A DNA stretch of 63,667 nt, filler included, from Octopus bimaculoides (taxonomy: Eukaryota), in assembly GCF_001194135.2 (NCBI RefSeq). It is 9 parts of 7 records of this genome, joined end to end, with 100 filler letters (N's around TTAATTAATTAA, not from the genome) between each part and the next. Parts side by side here need not be neighbours in the genome. Positions count along the whole stretch, not along the records: positions 30,121 to 52,163 come from NC_068988.1; 8 more parts are not named here. The stretch is one strand, 5' to 3'. Positions 37,995 through 49,000 of the stretch are shown piece after piece; position 1 is the stretch's first letter, and the number at the start of each line of letters is the position of its first letter. Under the pieces are notes generated by a model. It was not told the origin of the DNA. It searched no databases and saw only the letters and a program-made list of their open reading frames with translations. Position numbers and translations under genes: made by a program.

Positions 37995-38310
37995 GGTAGA
38001 AGCCACTCACAATAAAACGGAATATTGGTGGAATGTACCAGTGAAGACCTCAATAAAATGTAAGCACAACAGACCTGATATAATGATTTGGGATAGAGAG
38101 GAGAAACTGTGCGCAGTTGCGGAAATTAGCCGCCCATCGGTTGTTAGCAGTGAAAAAGAGAACACCTATGCTGAACTATTGAGAAATCTGCAGTTACTCT
38201 ATCCAGATTACAAGTTCAGGTTTATACCTGTAATTACTGGGGCCCGGGGATATGCAACACATTGTCTAAATACCAATCTTGAGAAATTAGGCTTCTCAAA
38301 ACGAAACTGT
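37995..38310 (+). mobile_element. R4/NeSL-type RLE endonuclease fragment
   Basis: EYWWNVPVKTSIKCKHNRPDIMIWDREEKLCAVAEIS...EKENTYAEL...FIPVITGARG. Confidence 0.85.
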
Positions 38311-38444
38311 CTTGGAATCTGCTGTAGTTTAAGCCTGTCAATCTGGCTTTTTTTTTTCCGTTTTTGCTTGTAGATCGTTTATAAATAACAAAACAGAAAG
38401 ACCAAAAAAAACATAATAAGGTAACAAATAACATTGAACCTGAA

Positions 38445-38669
38445 GCCCTGTTGCTTGTTTAAGTGTACATGCTTAACCGTGAGCGTTGTCGAGTTCAAAA
38501 ACTCTTCGGCAGATTTGCAGTTGTGATTTGTGTTTAGATTTAATATGAGAAATTGACCAAATTCGGGGTCGCACACCTCTTCTGTGCAGATGTACGAAAT
38601 GTGTACATCAGTGTCAGCCAACTCTCCCTTACGATACAGAGTGGGTCTGCTTCTTAATAAAGCGTGCAT
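38445..38669 (-). CDS. Candidate exon or unknown ORF (MHALLRSRPTLYRKGELADTDVHISYICTEEVCDPEFGQF...)
   Basis: Non-repetitive open frame of about 75 codons, preceded by tag| on the minus strand, with only a weak donor. No family recognised. Confidence 0.25.
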
Positions 38670-39596
38670 CTATAGTTTGGGTGTTTATTGTCAGAACATG
38701 TTTTTTTATAAAATATCTCTTCTTCATTAGTGGAATAAAGATGCGACTTAAGAAGAACTTTAAATAGTTAAAAGCACTTGAAGCAACTTTCACAATCGTT
38801 CGAAGAATGACAACGAAATTCCGCTAACATGATAATAGCATTTCCGTAAAATGAACTTATTTTGGTGACAACATCTAGGGATGAGCCCATTCCGAGAAGT
38901 TAGATGGAGACATCAATACATAATTTTTTTTTTCCGAAAGTATAGAAGCATCATGTGCTAGGTTCTCCAGAATATGAATATGCACGTTCGATCACTGAGC
39001 ATGGTAAATTAAAGCTCATAGCGCCTTCTTTTTCAGTCTTCAGAGAAGCTGTAATAGAAAAGTATTTCTTTTCTCTGAGTGCAAAAGTATGTGTACCTTC
39101 TAAAGATATATCGAACTGAAATAAGTGCGCCCATTGTAGTCTATCAGCTTCACTTTCACACAATACACCAGTTCCTTCCTGATGCATTTGTTACAAAGTG
39201 GATATAACACTTGAGTGTTATCATTGGAACGCTAGTAATTAACTTTTATGGTCTTTTGATTAAATGTATTGTTGCACCTGCGACTTATTAGGAAATACTT
39301 TCTACAATACTTAAAAACATTTCTTTTTCCTTCTTTTTTTTTGTTGCAATATTATATTCAATAATACAATTCGATGCTTACTGAAGATCACCCGATGATA
39401 AACCAGGTAGCACCTTGACATCTGCAAATATCAGCCAACCGATTCTACCCTCACCGATCGTGATACACTCTCAGGACGGCTGTGCGCGTCAATGCAGTTC
39501 ATAAACATTATAAAAAGGAGAAGTGACAACCCTGACGAACTCCAGCATATATATGCTATAACCAAGCTGAAAGGAGTCAATATTACATTTAATATA

Positions 39597-39806
39597 AGGC
39601 AGCGTGCTGGTAGAAACGTTAGCACACCGGGCCAAATGCTTAGCGATATTTCGTCTGAGTTCAAATTCCGCCGAGGTTGACATTGCCTTTCGTCCTTTCG
39701 GGGTCGATAAATTAAGTACCAGTTGCGTACTGGGGGTCGATCTAATCAAGTGGTCCCCTCCCCCCAAAATTTTGGGCCTTGTGCCTAGAGTAGAAAAGAA
39801 CATTAC
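39597..39806 (+). mobile_element. SINE family B monomer
   Basis: Complete head, domain and tail GCCTTGTGCCTAGAGTAGAAAAG. Confidence 0.88.
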
Positions 39807-40242
39807 ATTTACGAGGTTCTTTATGGCGATGGGAAATGTTACTAGATGAGGCGTTCTGTATTTCCTCGAGGAAAGGATTCCGTTTTAATGCCGTTATATT
39901 AAAATTTTAGTCGAGTCGGAAAGCAATTATGAGAAACTCGGAGTAACGACGTTGCAAATTGTCAGTAATTAATTGTATTTATTATTAAATTTATGTTATG
40001 TATTGAGCAGTTTCCCCTACGTTTNNNNNNNNNNNNNNNNNNNNNNNNNNNNNNNNNNNNNNNNNNNNNNNNNNNNNNNNNNNNNNNNNNNNNNNNNNNN
40101 NNNNNNNNNNNNNNNNNNNNNNNNNNNNNNNNNNNNNNNNNNNNNNNNNNNNNNNNNNNNNNNNNNNNNNNNNNNNNNNNNNNNNNNNNNNNNNNNNNNN
40201 NNNNNNNNNNNNNNNNNNNNNNNNNNNNNNNNNNNNNNNNNN

Positions 40243-40285
<43 letters not shown>

Positions 40286-40789
40286 GAGACAGAGACAGAC
40301 AGGCAGACAGACAGATAGACAGAGTGAGAGAGAGTGGGGTGTACTAAATAAAAAAACATGAATAAATGCTAGCTATAAATCTCAGTAAGAGATGAAAGCA
40401 GTAACTGTACTGGCAAATAATGCTTGTCACCACTTCAACGTGGCTGTTCCATAAGAACGGACATTACTGCGATTCTATAACCCCAGAGAACATCTCCTCC
40501 GGTTGGTTAACGATGCCTGAATTGCAGAAAATTGAAAAATGCAGTGAGGGATTTTTTTTACATTTCTCTTATCTCATCTGGTTTAGCTGCCATTAAGTAC
40601 AAAGAAGTACGTATATTGTTAACATCAGCTCATATCTAACCGAGCAGACCTGTGATCAATGAGCTTATAGCCGTGACTTATTTATCTCTTTATGCAAATC
40701 TAGGGCATCGTCCCGAATATACCTTGACAAATGTCTCATTTTTATCTATAAAGATTCATTTACTCTTTTATCCCTCTAAAGCAAATGGA

Positions 40790-40960
40790 CGGTGGTGCGA
40801 TGTTGCGGCACCTTTTTCAAGGGGTTAAAATCGATTGAATTGGACTCACTACTTATTTTTAAGTCTGGTCCTTATTCTATCGATTTCTTATTGCCGAACC
40901 TCTACGTTACGGGAGCGTAAATAAACCAGCACTAATTATCGAGCGATGTGAAACAAACGC
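40790..40960 (-). mobile_element. Decayed SINE family A 3' half
   Basis: CTTATTCTATCG...TTGCCGAACC...GTTACGGG.GCGTAAA. Confidence 0.55.
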
Positions 40961-41073
40961 ACGCACGCACACGCACACATATAATACACAAATATATATT
41001 AAACACACACTAATGTATACGTTCATTCATTCATTCATTCATTCATACATATATACATACATACATACATACA

Positions 41074-41272
41074 CGAAGAGGGTGCTGAAAAGTTCCTGGT
41101 TTGGGGTACAGGAGGATTAGTTAATTATGATTTTCTTCCCCTCTCAGATTCACACACTTATTGCAGAGGTCCTTCCGTTTTTCTAAGCCCTGTAAAAGAA
41201 CTCGGAAGGTCGGGCCTCCAACCAGGCCTTTTGTGATACCCTTAAAGCCAGGAACTTTTCAGCACTCGCTTG
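41074..41272. mobile_element. Mariner-type MITE, copy 1
   Basis: TIRs GAGGGTGCTGAAAAGTTCCTGG / CCAGGAACTTTTCAGCAC, TA-flanked; second copy at 47885-48102. Confidence 0.88.
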
Positions 41273-41369
41273 TATGTATGTATATATGTATATATAAAAT
41301 ATATATATACATATACATTATATATACACATACATATGCATAGGTATATATCAATATACATATACATAT

Positions 41370-41408
<39 letters not shown>

Positions 41409-41668
41409 NNNNNNNNNNNNNNNNNNNNNNNNNNNNNNNNNNNNNNNNNNNNNNNNNNNNNNNNNNNNNNNNNNNNNNNNNNNNNNNNNNNNNNNNNNNN
41501 NNNNNNNNNNNNNNNNNNNNNNNNNNNNNNNNNNNNNNNNNNNNNNNNNNNNNNNNNNNNNNNNNNNNNNNNNNNNNNNNNNNNNNNNNNNNNNNNNNNN
41601 NNNNNNNNNNNNNNNNNNNNNNNNNNNNNNNNNNNNNNNNNNNNNNNNNNNNNNNNNNNNNNNNNNNN

Positions 41669-41706
<38 letters not shown>

Positions 41707-41711
41707 TTCAA

Positions 41712-41878
41712 ATGGCCAGCCTTGTCACACTGTGTCACGCTGAATCTCCCCGAGAACTACGTTGAGGGCACACGTTGTTGTGGAGTGCTCAGCCACATGC
41801 ACGTTACTTTTACGAGCAGGCTGCTCCGTTGATCGGATCAACTGGAACACCCATCGCCTTAACCGACGGAGGGCCAAG
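41712..41878 (+). mobile_element. Unclassified interspersed (SINE-like) repeat fragment
   Basis: GC-richer block resembling a remembered cephalopod repeat (GTGGAGTGCTCAGCCAC...GATCGGATCAACTGGAAC). Single copy in this window. Confidence 0.35.
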
Positions 41879-42804
41879 TAATAAAAGAAAAACCAGCATC
41901 TGAATTCGCTGATTCTTTTTAGGTATATCTCAGCATCTTAAGCACATAAGCTAGTAAAAAGCAACACCAGTATTATATGACTGTTGTGTGTTTCCTTACC
42001 CTGCCGTGTTGAGTTCAAACCCTACCATGGGCAACTGAAAACTTAAATGGGACTGCATTATGATTGTCCACAACAGAATTACTTCCTGTCTATGGAATCT
42101 CTAAGATATGAGGTGGAGAGGTGAACTAGGATAGATATTTTATCATATTTAGTATGTTGCCCTAAATAACTGGGTTCAGATATCGCCCGTGATACACTTT
42201 GCGTTTTCAAGTTTGCCCAGATCACTGAATTTAACGTCAGTAATAATGGCTGGGAGGCAATAAGCTTTCCTATAGAGACAGGTGGTGTTAGCGGATTTGT
42301 CGGAACCAGGGTTCACTCGATGCTCGGATGTCATGGAAGGAGAACAAATACGTTGCCAGAAAATTGTCGGAAGCCATTATGTCTGGCTCAAGAGAGAGGA
42401 TGAGTGAAGCAGCAAGAACGAGCATTGCAGATGGTAGAAACATCTGGCTCAGAGTTTCAAAATCTGACTTAGCCAGGGCTGGTATTCTTATGCGAGAGAT
42501 ATGTTGCCTATATCGGTGGATGGCTCCGGGTAACTCTGGTGTTGCAGGAGAAAGGACCGAAACACCTACAGAGCTTCTTCACCTCCTGATGAGACATCGG
42601 CTCCTGCATTCAGAGATGGAGTACAGCATCACCTTCAGTATACAAGTGTTTACCCAAAAATATACTTCTCTTAAGTTCTAGACCATGCACACTAGCGTCT
42701 ATCTATATTATACCACTACAGTACTACACTCCATACAGCACATATTGCCATACCACTTCGCATTACTTCATAGATCATCACATTACCTGTCACCGCTACC
42801 CTAC

Positions 42805-43120
42805 ATTACCAAGTCCAGCAGAGCAGGCTACAGTGGTTTGGCCACGTCTGCAAGATGAGCACCAGAAGACTACCACACAAACTTTTGTGGCGACAGCGAC
42901 CAACGCACTGGAGAATCAGTGCAGCTACCAAAGAAGACATGGGCGAAACAAATTGAGGAAGTCCTGAAGTCGCAGCGCCTCGACCTCTAGCAGGCTAAGG
43001 TCAGAGCCGTGGATCGGAAAACGTGGAATAACATCATTCCCTGGGTTGAATACGCTGCTGTGTCACCCACACAGCAGCGTATTCGCTAAGCTGGTGATTT
43101 AAGAAGACATTATCACCATG
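42805..43120 (+). mobile_element. RTE-clade LINE 3' end
   Basis: QQSRLQWFGHVCKMSTRRLPHKLLW...PKKTWAKQIEEVLK...AVDRKTW, followed by a 16-bp hairpin at 43048-43084. Confidence 0.88.
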
Positions 43121-43324
43121 CCGCATTATCACTCCACTACACATCTCGCGCTGCCACACTATTATAGCACATCCCTAGAGTACTTACTATACACCACATA
43201 CCAGTATTGGGCCGTGGATCATTTGGTATCGCACAGAAACAATAAACTTTAAAATCTTGCTTTTATTTTATTAAATATTGATATATCAGTCTGCAGTGTG
43301 TTTTTGTATTATATATGTATTATA

Positions 43325-43523
43325 TTGGTTTGAAATTTTGGGCACAAGGCCAGGAAGTTCAGGGGAAGGTGTAAGTCAAATACATCGATTCCAGTATTCA
43401 ACTCGTACTTATTTTATCGACCCCGAAAGGATGAAAGCCAAAGTAGATCTCAGCGGAATTTGAACTCAGAACGTAAAGACGGACGAAATATCGTGCTAAC
43501 GATTCTGCCAGTTGGCCACCTTA
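43325..43523 (-). mobile_element. SINE family B
   Basis: ATCGACCCCGAAAGGATGAAAG...GAATTTGAACTCAGAACGTAAAGACGGACGAAAT. Confidence 0.82.
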
Positions 43524-43827
43524 TATATATGTATTATATTAATGTTTGATTTTCTGTTCAGTTATAAAAAAGAAGAGATTATGTTAATCTGATGAGTTAC
43601 TTTACTTTTGTAGAGTTCAAATTTATTATTCTTATACAAGAATGTTTATTGAAAGTATGGCCGAAACATGTATCATATATAGTGCCGAAATTAGGACAAA
43701 TGAGGCCCTGTGCTAGTTAAGTTTTGAGGCCCCTTACTTGGACAGGGCCCCGTTGCCAAGGGGACCTGTCTTTAAGTATGCCTAAGCACAATGGTAAACC
43801 CGGCATTGATTATACATATAATCTTTT

Positions 43828-44040
43828 ATCATTTACTTGTTTCAGTCATTAGACTGCGGCCATGCTGGGGCACCACCCTGAAGAATTTTAGTCGAACGAA
43901 TCGACCCCAGTACTTATTCTTTTTAAGCCTGGTACTTATTACATTGGACTCTTTTGCCGAACTTTTAAGTCCACGGAGACGTAAATACACCAGCACCGGT
44001 TGCTAAGAGGTGGTGGTGGTTTTGAGAAATAAACACAGAC
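43828..44040 (-). mobile_element. SINE family A 3' half
   Basis: TTACTTGTTTCAGTCATTAGACTGCGGCCATGCTGG... shared tail. Confidence 0.82.
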
Positions 44041-44156
44041 AGTATATGCGCTTTATTGTGTTTTGCTATGCACTTGATCTCTCGGTGCGTGGAAAAATTG
44101 TCTTACATGAAACCGATCCGTGATGCACAAGAAGTTGGGGGCCGCTGCCCTACATA

Positions 44157-44200
44157 ATTACAATGCCAAATTATGTAATTATGTAATTTGGCATTGTAAT
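44157..44200. repeat. 44-bp near-perfect palindrome
   Basis: ATTACAATGCCAAATTA...TAATTTGGCATTGTAAT; 17-bp perfect arms around a near-palindromic centre. Confidence 0.9.
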
Positions 44201-45065
44201 ACCTCACACAACCACACCATTATAACACACTAATAGGTAACTATATGTTAGTAACTATCACACTAAACCATTGCAATGCTTTGTAGTAATACAACTTATC
44301 AGAAGACAACAAAAGACTCTATATGTGGTCACACATGAGTTAGAAATAGCCAAATTGCCTTCAAAATCATGCTACTGTCTTAGAAAAGGATATGTCAGAT
44401 GTAGTTCTGGTTCCCTGCACATCTGGAAAAGACAGGATGGTCACGAATGGAAGGCTTTTGATTGGAAAACATACGCGATTCAGGGTTGATCTGGAGCTAC
44501 ACCACATCGCCCCACACGCACCACTATACTAACACGTTAACATTTGAATAATTGCGTGCTACACCATTGGACCGGATCCACCCCCACCCTCCTTTCCCCC
44601 ATCCTCATCCCCACCCCAACCACTCACTCATGCGCAAAACTGAAACCATAGCAACGTGTTGGTACACACACGGATAGACTGTTGGCAGTGTCTTATGTTG
44701 TAATAACTTGAATAACTAGCGAAAGTTGTGTGAAGGAGTCGGAGCGCTTACTATCCGTGGGNNNNNNNNNNNNNNNNNNNNNNNNNNNNNNNNNNNNNNN
44801 NNNNNNNNNNNNNNNNNNNNNNNNNNNNNNNNNNNNNNNNNNNNNNNNNNNNNNNNNNNNNNNNNNNNNNNNNNNNNNNNNNNNNNNNNNNNNNNNNNNN
44901 NNNNNNNNNNNNNNNNNNNNNNNNNNNNNNNNNNNNNNNNNNNNNNNNNNNNNNNNNNNNNNNNNNNNNNNNNNNNNNNNNNNNNNNNNNNNNNNNNNNN
45001 NNNNNNNNNNNNNNNNNNNNNNNNNNNNNNNNNNNNNNNNNNNNNNNNNNNNNNNNNNNNNNNNN

Positions 45066-45130
<65 letters not shown>

Positions 45131-45514
45131 TGTATATGTATGTATATATAATGCATTTATGTACGTATATACGTGGTGTGTGTGTGTATGCATGTATGTA
45201 TATATGTATTGGCGCATATTATCGTGAGAATCTGAAGGTAAATTGTGGACACGGACATCAAACCATACCACTACATTCACCCTCAGTATTCACACGTAAC
45301 CTAAATACAAAAATCTACAGCAGTGGGAGGGGCTGCGGATCGATGTTTGTATATTCCCACGCACACACACACACAGACACATATATATGTATATATGCAT
45401 GTATGTACGTATACGAATATGTATATCTATATCCATATATAAAGTATAAGGAAAGGAAAAAAGTATTTAGGTGTAGACAATCTTTAATTCAAATCAAAGT
45501 TGGTACAAAACCAA

Positions 45515-45614
45515 TATATATTCAACAAATTCTTTCGGAGTCTAATCAATTCTAAAGACAAAAACGAAAGACATTTTTTTAAATAAAAATTAGATCCTTC
45601 GTCAGGAATTACAT
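45515..45614 (-). ncRNA. Hammerhead motif with long stem II
   Basis: AUUC-CUGACGA-A-GGAUCUAAU...AUUAGA(C)UCC-GAAA-GAAUUUG-UU-GAAU. The core is intact and stems I and II pair. Confidence 0.65.
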
Positions 45615-45832
45615 ATTGGTATGAATAATTACGACCAAAAGAAAATATAAAAAGACCTTTTATAACCCAGTCAGGAACGAACAATNNNNNNNNNNNNNNN
45701 NNNNNNNNNNNNNNNNNNNNNNNNNNNNNNNNNNNNNNNNNNNNNNNNNNNNNNNNNNNNNNNNNNNNNNNNNNNNNNNNNNNNNNNNNNNNNNNNNNNN
45801 NNNNNNNNNNNNNNNNNNNNNNNNNNNNNNNN

Positions 45833-45870
<38 letters not shown>

Positions 45871-45904
45871 TAAAAAAGTAAAATTAAAACAGAACACAAA
45901 GGAT

Positions 45905-45999
45905 TCCGCGGTACACGTGTTTCAAGCTTTATAGTCGTTGCATCATTATATGGGTATATAATTGATAGACAGGATGGTATAAAGCTATCTTCAGCCGCA
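45905..45999 (-). ncRNA. Hammerhead motif (left arm)
   Basis: GCGG-CUGAAGA-U-AGCUUUAUA...UAUAAAGCU-U-GAAA-CACGUG-UA-CCGC. Perfect 9-bp stem II and palindromic ACACGUGU stem III. Confidence 0.72.
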
Positions 46000-46163
46000 A
46001 ATATATCAACTTAAAGGATAAACATATTACAATGTATATTACAATAGATATTACAATGGATAATACCAAATGGACTCCCCCTTCTACTCTCTCATGTTTC
46101 TCTCTCTTTTACTTTTTTCTTGGTGATTTCTTCTTTGTGATATAATGCTTGGGAAAGAATATA

Positions 46164-46268
46164 TCTGCGGCTGAAGATAGCTTTATACCATCCTGTCTAT
46201 CAATTATATACCCATATAATGATGCAACGATTCTTTGTGTATAAATCTTGAAACACGTGTACCGCGGA
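46164..46268 (+). ncRNA. Hammerhead motif (right arm)
   Basis: Same motif with 7-bp stem I UCUGCGG/CCGCGGA; one mismatch in stem II and a longer loop. Confidence 0.7.
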
Positions 46269-46437
46269 ATCCTTTGTGTTCTGTTTTAATTTTACGTCTT
46301 TAATTTATTCTTTCACCTCGGCCACTATCTGGCATATACAGGCGCTTGCAATTATCAAATATTACCTCTAAAATTATCAAGTATTTCCTCTAAAATTTGC
46401 TTTACTTATATATATATACACACACAAACATATATAT

Positions 46438-46540
46438 AAATTCCGACCCAGGCGGAATTTACACTCAGAACATAAAGACGGACGAAATACCGCTATGCAT
46501 TTTAACCGGCGTGCAAACGATTCTACCAGCTCACCGCCTT
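46438..46540 (-). mobile_element. SINE family B head
   Basis: GACGGACGAAATACCGCTATGCATTT...GATTCTACCAGCTCACCGCC. Confidence 0.75.
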
Positions 46541-46633
46541 TCGACACTAGGATAATAACGAACGCCGGAAAGTCACTTTTATACCAAAACGATTCGTAAT
46601 GCATCAAAAGGAGGGCAGCATATTGTTCAGCGT

Positions 46634-46677
46634 GCTGTGCTGATGACGCATATTGAGGCAGAACACGTGTTCACAAC
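46634..46677 (+). ncRNA. Degenerate hammerhead motif
   Basis: GCUGUG-CUGAUGA-C-GC...GC-agAA-CACGUG-UU-CACAAC. GAAA is mutated to AGAA. Confidence 0.5.
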
Positions 46678-47345
46678 TGTCCTCGTTTCTAGACAATCAT
46701 ATAGTCTTTTCCTTCATAGCATGGAAATTTTGGAGAATACTTGATTCCTGAGATTATCTTCCCTTCCCATTTAGAATTGGTCCTAATTACCACCAGGCGA
46801 TTGTTTTACCTTCTCTGAAATAGAGTCAGTTTGTGTGTGTGCGTGTGCGTGTGTGTGTGCGTGCGTGCGTGCGTGTGTGCGTGCGTGCGTGCGTGCGTGC
46901 GTGTGTGTGCATTTGCATAAAGATCCGTTCAAGAAACAACAAACTATTTTATAAGTTCCTCTCTATAATCGTTCTTGAAATTGTCATTTTCTCTACTATT
47001 GTCCAACATTGTTTACGCACTCCAAAACTGAGACATCTACTTCAGTATCAACTATTTGTAAGTTACTGGCAACTGTGTAAATATCGTCTCTATAACGCCA
47101 TTATGCTTAATATATAGTAATGTCGAAACTTTAAACTTGGATGACTCTTCAACCAACAATAGATTGTAGCTATCAATTAAACTAATATTTTACTGTAGGA
47201 TCGTTTCGTGAAGGCCTATCTTATTTCTGCTCAACCAAAAATAGATTGTTTGTTTTTGTCAAGTAAACATACATTACTCAGTAAGGTAAAATTCTATAAA
47301 GGTTTTTTTTTTGTTTTGTTTTGCTTTGATGATTAGTTTACAGTT

Positions 47346-47545
47346 TTTACTGTTTTACTTGTTTCATTCATTTGACTGCGGCCATGCTGGACCACCGCCT
47401 TTTAGTCGAGCAAATCAACCCCAGAACTTATTCTTTGGAAGCCTAGTACTTATTTCTATTGGTCTCTTTTTGCCGAACCGCTAAGTTACGGGGACGTAAA
47501 CACACCAGCATCGGTTGTCAAGCGATGTTAGGGGGACAAACACAG

Positions 47546-47586
<41 letters not shown>

Positions 47587-47727
47587 CGACGGGCTTCTTT
47601 CAGTTTCCGTCTCACAAGGCTTTGGTCGGCCCGAGGCTATAGAAGAAGTCACTTGCCCAAAGTGCCACGCAGTGGGACTGAACCCGGAACCATGTGGTTG
47701 GTAAGCAAGCTACTTACCACACAGCCA
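47346..47727 (-). mobile_element. Full-length SINE family A
   Basis: Minus strand head TGGCTGTGTGGTAAG...GGTTCAGTCCCACTGCG, CORE-like CTTTGGGCAAGTG, internal microsatellite, shared tail. Confidence 0.92.
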
Positions 47728-47884
47728 TTCCTTGCTAATTTAAAACTAATGAAACATCGTGAAACCGGTGCAGGACCCTAAAGTTTAGTATAGAACCGAC
47801 TATCAGTTTGTTTACGTGTATATTCAATTGTTGTTGTTTTTCTTTACACTAGACGGGTGTTAATTATATATGAGGTTATTACTA

Positions 47885-48102
47885 TTGGCATGTGCTGAAA
47901 AGTTTCTGGCTTTGGGTAAAAGAAAAAACAAGAGGATGAGTTAATTGTGATTTTATTGAACATATTTGCCCTCTCAAATTCACACGCTTATTGGAGCGGT
48001 ACTTCAGTTTTTGTAAGCCCTGTAACAGAATTCGGAAAGTTGGGCCTCCAGCACGGCCTATTGCGATACCCATAAGGCCATGAACTTTTCAGCACCCCCG
48101 CG
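47885..48102. mobile_element. Mariner-type MITE, copy 2
   Basis: GTGCTGAAAAGTT / AACTTTTCAGCAC TIRs; internal sequence homologous to 41074-41272. Confidence 0.85.
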
Positions 48103-48477
48103 TATAATATTAACTTGAAAAATACAAATCATACTGGAAAGCAGTTTGGAAGAGGGATGTTTGCGTTCATTTTACGGGAGCAGTAGCCCCTCAACCATAA
48201 CTTGCGTAATAATCGAAACTTTGGCGTTGTGTTTATTAAATGAAGGCTGATAGTCTGCCATCACAATTAACTTCCATAAATCATCAAGTATGGTAGATAG
48301 TTGTTGTTTTTTGTTCTCGACGTCATCATTATCGTTGTTCCTGCTGTTATTGATTACTCTCAGATCAGTCCTGATTGAGCAGACCTATGGTTTAAAGTGT
48401 TCCAGCCATGACTATCCCGTCTTATTCATGCGAGCAGGAAACTCAAAACTATGTTATCCGATACATTCTTTCTTTAA

Positions 48478-48708
48478 CCCTTTAGCGTTTAAATCAGCCA
48501 TATCAGACCCAAATATTCTACCTGTTTTAACCTGTTTTATGTACAAATAGACCAGTTCCGGTTTCTCTCATCTGTCCAGCATTGGTCACTCTAAAAGTAA
48601 ACAATTGAATCATCGAAATTTCGCAGCTACAAGACAATGCATGATTAATTCAAAGTAATGTGAATAAATAAGCATTACATTTAACAGAGTAAACAGGAAG
48701 CTAAAGGG
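48478..48708. mobile_element. piggyBac-type MITE
   Basis: TTAA|CCCTTTAGC ... GCTAAAGGG|ATAA: CCC termini and a TTAA-like TSD. Confidence 0.7.
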
Positions 48709-48784
48709 ATAAGATAGTGGAGTCTAAAATAAGAGATATTTGGTTGTTATTTCTTGCTGATCGAGCGACTATATAGAAGTTCCT

Positions 48785-49000
48785 ACACTGAATCAATATT
48801 AGTTTCAAATTTGAGCACAAAGCCAGCAAGTTCGGAGGATGGAGCTAGTCGATTACATCGACCGCAGTATTCAACTGGTACTTATTCAATCGACCCCGAA
48901 AGTCAACCTCGACAGAATTTGAACTTTGAACGTAAAGACGGACGAAATGCCGTTAAGCATTTCGCCCAGCATGGTAGAGATTCTTCCAGCTCGACACCTT
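48785..49000 (-). mobile_element. SINE family B
   Basis: AACTGGTACTTATT...ATCGACCCCGAAA...GAATTTGAACT...GACGGACGAAATGCCG. Confidence 0.78.

Larger units (their letters stand above)
45865..46308. mobile_element. Small fold-back element: two about 140-bp inverted arms, each with a hammerhead motif
   Basis: 45865-46006 versus 46159-46308 are near-identical inverted arms. Hammerheads at 45905-45999 (-) and 46164-46268 (+). Confidence 0.8.

Noticed and set aside
39527-39585. CUGACGA followed by an ACUCC/GGAGU stem
   Set aside because: No GAAA after the stem and no stem I/III.
42328-42681. 117-aa ORF in a GC-richer block
   Set aside because: No recognisable motif in any frame; probably a decayed retroelement, but unsupported.
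43654-43675. GGCC-GAAA-CAUG-UA half motif
   Set aside because: No upstream CUGANGA that pairs into stems I and II.
47660-47727. tRNA-like A/B-box sequences
   Set aside because: They are SINE heads continuing into SINE bodies; no complete cloverleaf is seen, so no tRNA gene is called.
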